Shown here in pieces: positions 58,524 to 64,000 of a stretch of DNA of 64,000 nucleotides. Position 1 is the stretch's first letter. Every line of letters starts with the position of its first letter. Origin of the DNA: Cellvibrionales bacterium UBA1969 (lineage in GTDB: Bacteria > Pseudomonadota > Gammaproteobacteria > Pseudomonadales > UBA7434); assembly GCA_002339085.1 (NCBI GenBank), contig DDDX01000033.1, forward strand, positions 884-64,883. The letters run 5' to 3'. The position numbers were made by a program, and so were the translations under genes. Below the pieces are notes generated by a model. It saw only the letters and a list, made by a program, of their open reading frames with translations. It ran no database searches and was not told the origin of the DNA.

Positions 58524-59546
58524 TTAAATATGATAATGCTGGGTAGCCATTGGTTTGCCCGCAAGTCCCAGCAGAACCATTTCAATCAGTAACCAAGCGT
58601 TTTCTTTGTCAATGCTTTTACTCATAAGATCTGCTTGAGAAGCTAGCTTTGCCCATTGTTCGAATTCAGCTTTTGACGTTGACTGAACCCGCTTACTGAC
58701 CGCTGACTGTCGCTTGCGTTGCACGCGTAGTGCTCGCATACCGTCATCCATTTTACCTTGCTCCGAAAATTGCTTCAGTTGAGCGAGGGTTCGCAATTGA
58801 TGAGCCATGGCAGCAACTAAGGCGGCAGGTTCAGAGCCTTCTTCTTGCAAATGCCTCAGTGCGCGACAGGCACTTAGCGCATCGCCATCAATAGCATGAT
58901 CAAAACAGTTAAATGCTGAAAATCGTGCGCTGTCTGCGACGGCTTTGCCGATTATGTTTCGCGTTAAAGTAGTTTTTTTGTCAACCAATAATGCTAATTT
59001 TTCTAACTCTTGATTGGCCGCCATTAGATTACCTTCAACTCTCTCGGCCAATAGCTGTGCGGCATCATGCACTAGGGTTAATTGCTGCTGTTTAGCGCGT
59101 CGTTTCAACCAGTTAGGTAATTGCTCGTGGTCGAGAGGGTAGATAGGTATATAGACGCCGTCTTTGTTGACAGCTTTTACCCATCTGGGGCTGCCTTCTA
59201 TTCTTGCGGCAATAATTAATAACACCGTATCCTGAGGTGGATTATTGCAAAAACGTGTAATGGCTTCACTGCCCACTGTACCAATTTTACTGCTGGGCAA
59301 GCGTAATTCTATTAATCGCTGACTGGCAAATAATGACATGGCATTGCAGCTATCTTGCCAGCCATGCCAGTCAAAGCCAGTTTCAAAATTATATCGCTCG
59401 CGATCAACGAATCCACTTTTCGCACAGGCTTGGCGTATTTCATCACAGGCTTCGTTTTGCAGTAATATTTCGTCCCCTGCAACTAAATAGACTTTAGCAA
59501 GTGTTTGCTTAAGATGCTGGCTGAGCTTGTTAGAGTAGATTTGCAT
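58524..59546 (-). CDS. holA: DNA polymerase III subunit delta
   Basis: VYLVAGDEILLQNEACDEIRQ N-terminus, ~340 aa, located directly after lptE. I set the start at ATG 59546, 1 nt after the lptE stop. Confidence 0.85.
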   Translation of the reverse strand: MQIYSNKLSQHLKQTLAKVYLVAGDEILLQNEACDEIRQACAKSGFVDRERYNFETGFDWHGWQDSCNAMSLFASQRLIELRLPSSKIGTVGSEAITRFCNNPPQDTVLLIIAARIEGSPRWVKAVNKDGVYIPIYPLDHEQLPNWLKRRAKQQQLTLVHDAAQLLAERVEGNLMAANQELEKLALLVDKKTTLTRNIIGKAVADSARFSAFNCFDHAIDGDALSACRALRHLQEEGSEPAALVAAMAHQLRTLAQLKQFSEQGKMDDGMRALRVQRKRQSAVSKRVQSTSKAEFEQWAKLASQADLMSKSIDKENAWLLIEMVLLGLAGKPMATQHYHI

Positions 59547-59547
59547 A

Positions 59548-60063
59548 TTAACGGCTATTGAGTCGAATAATATGCAATATTTTAGCAATAATGCGATCAT
59601 CCAACTGCTGCTGAAGACGCTCTTTGGTGCTTTTCTGTGCAGCTACATTGTCTGGGTTTTGCAACTGAATTAGTTCGGCATGAACGCTGGTGGGTGGTAG
59701 GATGACCGATATCGATATGGGTTGGGATGAGGTATCGCTTTTTTGCAGCGATAGCCATTCGATTGTAACGCTTAAACGATGAGCTGTTTGTCCATCACGG
59801 CTATCTGCACTTAAGGTAAGATTTCGGCTATCACGCTCAATAACAGCTAATGTAATACGGCTGTTGGCATAGATAAGAGTATCACTAACGATAATGCCTT
59901 GGCTGCGAAGTTGTTTTTTTAGCTTTAGTGTTAGTAATCGATCACCGTCGATGAAAATCGCTTGTCTATGCTCGCTGATCTCCAGTGGTTTTTGTAACTG
60001 GTAGCCGCAGCCAACCAGACAGAACAATAGGATGATCAATAGCTGATTGCTTAATCGCAGCAT
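59548..60063 (-). CDS. lptE: LPS-assembly lipoprotein LptE
   Basis: Lipobox LVGCGYQLQ, ~170 aa, in the conserved leuS-lptE-holA order. Confidence 0.8.
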   Translation of the reverse strand: MLRLSNQLLIILLFCLVGCGYQLQKPLEISEHRQAIFIDGDRLLTLKLKKQLRSQGIIVSDTLIYANSRITLAVIERDSRNLTLSADSRDGQTAHRLSVTIEWLSLQKSDTSSQPISISVILPPTSVHAELIQLQNPDNVAAQKSTKERLQQQLDDRIIAKILHIIRLNSR

Positions 60064-60127
60064 AAGCTTTAGCCCTTAGATAATAGAGATTTATGCAATA
60101 TTAAGTCTCTAGTCAATATTTAGTGGT

Positions 60128-62791
60128 TTAGTTGGCAACAATATTGATCAGCTTGCCAGGTACAATAATGACTTTGCGAATGGTTTTATTAGTGATAAAT
60201 TTACTCACATTTTCATCTTCTAATGCTAATGATTCTATTTTTTTGTTGTCGGCATCAGCGGCCAATTTTATTTTTGCTCTCACTTTTCCATTGACCTGAA
60301 CGACCATTTCTATAGATGATAAAGTCAATGCTGATGGATCTACAACAGGCCAATCAGCGCAGAGGATATCACAATTCGTTTCAGGCCATAAATCTTGCCA
60401 CAGTTGGTGGCAAATATGCGGGGCAATAGGTGCAAGAAGGCGAACTAACAGACTGGTTCCTTCTGCAGCTATGCCGGCCATATGGCTATCGTTAAGCGCT
60501 TGCTCATGATTGGGAAGTTGGTTAAGAATAGCCATGCAAGCGGCTATAACCGTATTAAACTGACTTTTATTGAAATCAACTAAGGCCTTATCTAAGTTGC
60601 TGTGAATGGAGTGGCGTCGTTCCTGTGCAGCATTAGTAAGCGTTTCAAGCGCAAGGTGGTTGTTGTTATTTAAGTTTCTCTTGCCTTGCTGAATCAGTTC
60701 GCGCTGCTCATTGCAGTAAGTCCACAGGCGCCGAAGAAAACGTTGTGCGCCTGCCACACCATCGTCATTCCATTCTAAGGTCTGTTCGGGTGGGGCGGCA
60801 AACATGGTAAAAACGCGTACGGTGTCAGCACCGTATTGCTCAATCGCTGTTTGTGGATCGATTCCATTATTTTTTGACTTAGACATTTTAGTCATACCGC
60901 CTATTTGAACGGCTTGGCCTGATTTTATTTCATGGGCGCTGAGTATTTTTCCTTTTTCATTACGCTCGAATTGCACATCGCTTGGGTTAAACCATTCCTT
61001 GCCGCCGTCTTCTTTGTTGCGATAAAATGACTCAGCGAGGACCATGCCTTGACAAAGTAAACGTTTAAAGGGTTCGTTGGAACTGACAAAGCCGTCATCA
61101 CGCAATAATTTATGAAAAAAACGGGCATAAAGTAAGTGCAGTATGGCATGCTCAATGCCGCCTACGTATTGGTCGACAGGCAGCCAATAATTGGCCCGTT
61201 CACTGTCGAGAATACCGTCTTGAAAGTCTGGGCAGGTAAAGCGCGCATAGTACCAACTTGATTCCATAAAGGTATCGAAGGTATCCGTTTCATGGACGAC
61301 ACTTTGACCATTAAGTTCAGTTTTACACCACTCGGGATCTGCCTTGATGGGTGAGCGAACACCGTCCATGATGACATCTTCTGGGAGTAAAACAGGCAGT
61401 CGGTCAGCGGGCACCGGTATTTCACCGCCTTCAGGTAAGCTGAGCATTGGAATCGGTGAACCCCAATAACGTTGGCGCGATATGCCCCAGTCGCGCAGTC
61501 GATAATTGGTTTTTACCTCGCCTTTGCCTAAGCTGGATAGCTTGGCCGTAATGGCATTAAAAGCACCGTTAAAATCGAGCCCTGAAAATTCAGCGGAATT
61601 GATGGTTTGGGTATCGCTTTTGCGGCTGTACCATTCTTGCCATTGGCTGCTATCGAATTCGCTGTCATCGAGGCGAGACTCAATCACTTGTTTGATCAAC
61701 AATTCATAGCGATTAGCGAATGCAAAGTCGCGCTCGTCATGCGCCGGCACAGCCATTACAGCACCCGAGCCATAATCCATCAGGACATAATTAGCAATCC
61801 AGACGGGTATCGATTCGCCGGATATTGGGTGAGTGGCAGTCAAACCGGTGGCGATGCCTTTTTTATCCATGACGGCCATGTCAGCTTCAGCCACTGACTG
61901 AGTTTTACATTCGGCAATAAATTCAGCGATAGGGGTATTTTCACTTGCTAAGGCCAATGCTATGGGGTGCTCGGCGGCTAGGCTAAGATAGCTTACGCCC
62001 ATTAATGTATCGGGGCGGGTGGTATAAACGGGAAGGGTATCAAAGCCTGCAATTTCACGATCGAGGCTAAAGCGTATATCGGCACCGCGACTCTTACCGA
62101 TCCAATTTTTTTGCATAGTTTTAACTTGCTCTGGCCACTCGGTCAGCTCGTCTAGACTGCTAATTAACTCGTCTGCATATTCCGTGATTTTGATAAACCA
62201 TTGCGGAATCTCTTTACGCTCAACTAAAGCACCGGAACGCCAGCCACGGCCATCGATCACTTGCTCATTAGCCAATACCGTACAGTCAACCGGGTCCCAG
62301 TTTACAGTGGCCATTTTTTTGTAGACCATGCCTTTCTCGTATAGGCGGGTAAAAAACCATTGTTCCCAGCGATAATAGCCAGGTTCACAGGTTGCAAACT
62401 CGCGCGACCAGTCAAAGCTGAACCCCAGCGACTTGAGTTGCTGCTTCATATAATCAATATTTTGGTAAGTCCACTTTGCGGGTGCCGTTTGATTCTGAAT
62501 AGCTGCATTTTCAGCAGGTAGGCCGAAGGCATCCCAGCCCATAGGATGAAGGACGTTTTTGCCTAACATCCGCTGGTATCGAGCGATTACATCGGTAATG
62601 GTGTAGTTGCGCACATGGCCCATATGCAATTTGCCGCTGGGGTAAGGGAACATGGCTAAGCAGTAAAATTTTTCTCGTGATGGGTCTTCAGTTGTGAGGA
62701 AGCTGGCTTGATCACGCCAGTATTGTTGGGCGTTGGCCTCAATAGTTTGGGGGGAATAAACTGAAGAATTATTTACGTTCGAATCAGTCAT
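60128..62791 (-). CDS. leuS: leucine--tRNA ligase
   Basis: [11 protein letters not shown] (HIGH), KMSKSKNN (KMSKS) and a CP1 editing domain. I prefer the ATG at 62791 over the track TTG at 62803. Confidence 0.95.
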   Translation of the reverse strand: MTDSNVNNSSVYSPQTIEANAQQYWRDQASFLTTEDPSREKFYCLAMFPYPSGKLHMGHVRNYTITDVIARYQRMLGKNVLHPMGWDAFGLPAENAAIQNQTAPAKWTYQNIDYMKQQLKSLGFSFDWSREFATCEPGYYRWEQWFFTRLYEKGMVYKKMATVNWDPVDCTVLANEQVIDGRGWRSGALVERKEIPQWFIKITEYADELISSLDELTEWPEQVKTMQKNWIGKSRGADIRFSLDREIAGFDTLPVYTTRPDTLMGVSYLSLAAEHPIALALASENTPIAEFIAECKTQSVAEADMAVMDKKGIATGLTATHPISGESIPVWIANYVLMDYGSGAVMAVPAHDERDFAFANRYELLIKQVIESRLDDSEFDSSQWQEWYSRKSDTQTINSAEFSGLDFNGAFNAITAKLSSLGKGEVKTNYRLRDWGISRQRYWGSPIPMLSLPEGGEIPVPADRLPVLLPEDVIMDGVRSPIKADPEWCKTELNGQSVVHETDTFDTFMESSWYYARFTCPDFQDGILDSERANYWLPVDQYVGGIEHAILHLLYARFFHKLLRDDGFVSSNEPFKRLLCQGMVLAESFYRNKEDGGKEWFNPSDVQFERNEKGKILSAHEIKSGQAVQIGGMTKMSKSKNNGIDPQTAIEQYGADTVRVFTMFAAPPEQTLEWNDDGVAGAQRFLRRLWTYCNEQRELIQQGKRNLNNNNHLALETLTNAAQERRHSIHSNLDKALVDFNKSQFNTVIAACMAILNQLPNHEQALNDSHMAGIAAEGTSLLVRLLAPIAPHICHQLWQDLWPETNCDILCADWPVVDPSALTLSSIEMVVQVNGKVRAKIKLAADADNKKIESLALEDENVSKFITNKTIRKVIIVPGKLINIVAN

Positions 62792-62924
62792 AATAAGGGA
62801 CAATCGCCTAGCTTAAACGTTTATTACTCAACTGGTCTTAGAAGGACCAAAATGCGAGTCTAAGCATACCGCGAACCGACCCGCGGGGGCTAGTCTTGTA
62901 AGAGGGAGATATTACGGTTAAACC

Positions 62925-64000
62925 TTACATGCTAGCCGTTGGTGCTTGGTTAGTAATCCAAACCGTTTGGTAGGGCGCTAATGACAAAGTTTCAGTCGCT
63001 AGGTTAATGGCTTGATTGCTGATTAATTCATGCCAATGGTCCATTGCTATCAAATTGACACTCGCTAACGGTAGCTGGTAGGGGAATTTACTTATATTAG
63101 AAATGCAAAAGATGCTTTGCTGACGATCTTGACTTTGGCGCCAGAAACCAAAAATCGTATCCCCTAGGTGTAAAGTGAACTGGGTTGCATTGGGATGAAA
63201 GGCTGATTGGGTTGTACGAATGGCCAATAAAGCCATGAGTTTTTCAAAAACAATAGCCTGCGAGTGTAGTGGGTTCGACAAGCGCTCAGTCAGTTCTTGA
63301 TAGTTCCATTGATGACGATTAATGGCTCTATTATGTCCCTCTTGCGAAACTCTTTCATAGTCATTGCGCGTGCCTAGTAAGCTGTGAATATAAATGCCGG
63401 GTATGCCTTCGAGTCCAAGCATAATAGCGTGTGCGCAGATAAAGCGCTCAATGCCAAATTTATCAGGTCCTTGATCGGTACCTTGTAAGCTATCAAAAAG
63501 TGATATGTTGATTTCATAAGGTTTCTGGCCGCCATCCGCGACTTGACGGTAAGAGACCTTGCCACCAAAGTTTTCCATAATAGCTGAAAGATTATCAATT
63601 TCACGATCGGATAATAGGCCTTCAACAGGGCGTAGACCAATACCATCGTGTGAAGCGATAAAATTAAAATAGCTTGTGCCATTTTGCGCGGGTGGCATAC
63701 TCATCATCCATTGTTTGAGATAATAGCTATTGCCTGCAATAAGACAGTGAATTAATAGCGGCGGCAGTGAAAAGTTGTATATGCAATGAGCCTCATTGGC
63801 ATTACCAAAATATTCAAGATTTTCGCGATTAGGAATATTGGTCTCAGTAATGATAAGCGCTTCTGGTTCAGCATGCTCGATCAATAGTCGCAGCAAGCGA
63901 ACAATTTGGTGTGTTTGGCTCAAATTAAGACATTTGGTGCCAGGTTTTTTCCAAATAAAAGCGACTGCATCTAAGCGGAATATACGAATTCCTCGATCTA
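62925..64000 (-). CDS. GH13 sucrose-phosphorylase-family sugar phosphorylase, 5'-truncated by the window edge
   Basis: The frame stays open upstream of the track TTG start. Translating 63924-63998 gives ...[25 protein letters not shown], which is the GH13 region-II nucleophile motif (RLDAV). Downstream, [16 protein letters not shown] and IASHDGIG are typical of sucrose-phosphorylase-like enzymes. Confidence 0.85.
   Translation of the reverse strand, partial: DRGIRIFRLDAVAFIWKKPGTKCLNLSQTHQIVRLLRLLIEHAEPEALIITETNIPNRENLEYFGNANEAHCIYNFSLPPLLIHCLIAGNSYYLKQWMMSMPPAQNGTSYFNFIASHDGIGLRPVEGLLSDREIDNLSAIMENFGGKVSYRQVADGGQKPYEINISLFDSLQGTDQGPDKFGIERFICAHAIMLGLEGIPGIYIHSLLGTRNDYERVSQEGHNRAINRHQWNYQELTERLSNPLHSQAIVFEKLMALLAIRTTQSAFHPNATQFTLHLGDTIFGFWRQSQDRQQSIFCISNISKFPYQLPLASVNLIAMDHWHELISNQAINLATETLSLAPYQTVWITNQAPTASM

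Noticed and set aside
59547-59600. 18-aa extension of holA overlapping lptE
   Set aside because: The ATG at 59546 follows the lptE stop by 1 nt, which is the usual coupled arrangement. The extension has no conserved sequence.
62804-62924. Possible tRNA or structured RNA in the leuS / GH13 intergenic region (GGTTCG-like T-loop segment, CCCGCGGG palindrome)
   Set aside because: I could not fold an acceptor stem or a cloverleaf. Only short 4-5 bp stems are available, and there is no U-tract.
63921-63923. TTG listed as the start of the GH13 gene
   Set aside because: The frame remains open to the window edge. The upstream translation contains the GH13 nucleophile motif ([10 protein letters not shown]), so the gene is simply truncated by the window.
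1-64000. Search by eye for CRISPR arrays, IS elements, integrases, tRNA/rRNA genes and long direct or inverted repeats flanking the AT-rich cassette
   Set aside because: I found none. The intergenic regions are short (mostly under 290 nt) and non-repetitive. This was a visual scan only, and a computational repeat/tRNA scan could still find short elements.

Overview
This is a 64-kb chromosomal window with gammaproteobacterial-type gene order. I saw no rRNA, tRNA, CRISPR array, transposase or integrase by eye.

(1) 1-19.2 kb is mostly housekeeping. It carries an orphan sigma-54 activator, gluQ-dksA, an aminotransferase, a 961-aa repeat-rich lipoprotein, a Rieske protein plus a nitronate monooxygenase, an M15 peptidase, cysE, ppa, a PFK (probably PPi-dependent), mpl, ubiX, an RND/MMPL exporter, a YkgJ-like protein, a LON-N-domain protein and a DEDDh exonuclease.

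(2) 19.5-47.4 kb is a ~28-kb exopolysaccharide locus of the exosortase A (XrtA)/PEP-CTERM type, entirely on the + strand. It encodes an export protein, a chain-length determinant, a BY-kinase-like protein, an ExeA-like ATPase, wecC, glycosyltransferases, wzx, a bi-domain oxidoreductase, a heparinase II/III-like protein, a WbuB-like GT, a fused xrtA-epsI, a WecA-like initiating transferase, the PrsT-like TPR lipoprotein and wecB. Its centre (~25.3-35.4 kb) is visibly AT-richer and looks like a swapped-in variable cassette.

(3) 47.6-58 kb is the conserved block proA-nadD-rsfS-rlmH-mrdA-rodA-mltB-rlpA-dacA-ybeD-lipB. It is followed by an NTF2-like gene, convergent leuS-lptE-holA, and a GH13 sucrose-phosphorylase-family gene truncated by the window edge.

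The best candidate for something undescribed is a tightly coupled five-gene module at 25382-31483 inside the AT-rich cassette. It comprises a uridine-kinase-family kinase, a Pol-beta-type nucleotidyltransferase, a GT-C-like polytopic membrane protein, a cytoplasmic alkaline-phosphatase-superfamily phosphodiesterase and a 606-aa exported orphan. This module belongs to neither the canonical exosortase gene set nor an obvious sugar-nucleotide pathway.

Secondary oddities:
- a BY-kinase homologue with a Walker-A Lys-to-Arg change and no Tyr tail;
- a WecA-like enzyme with an extra ~200-aa membrane domain;
- no PEP-CTERM substrate or PrsK/PrsR regulator in the window;
- a beta-propeller lipoprotein carrying an internally duplicated insert.

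All functional calls come from motif reading of the translated ORFs. No database search was run.
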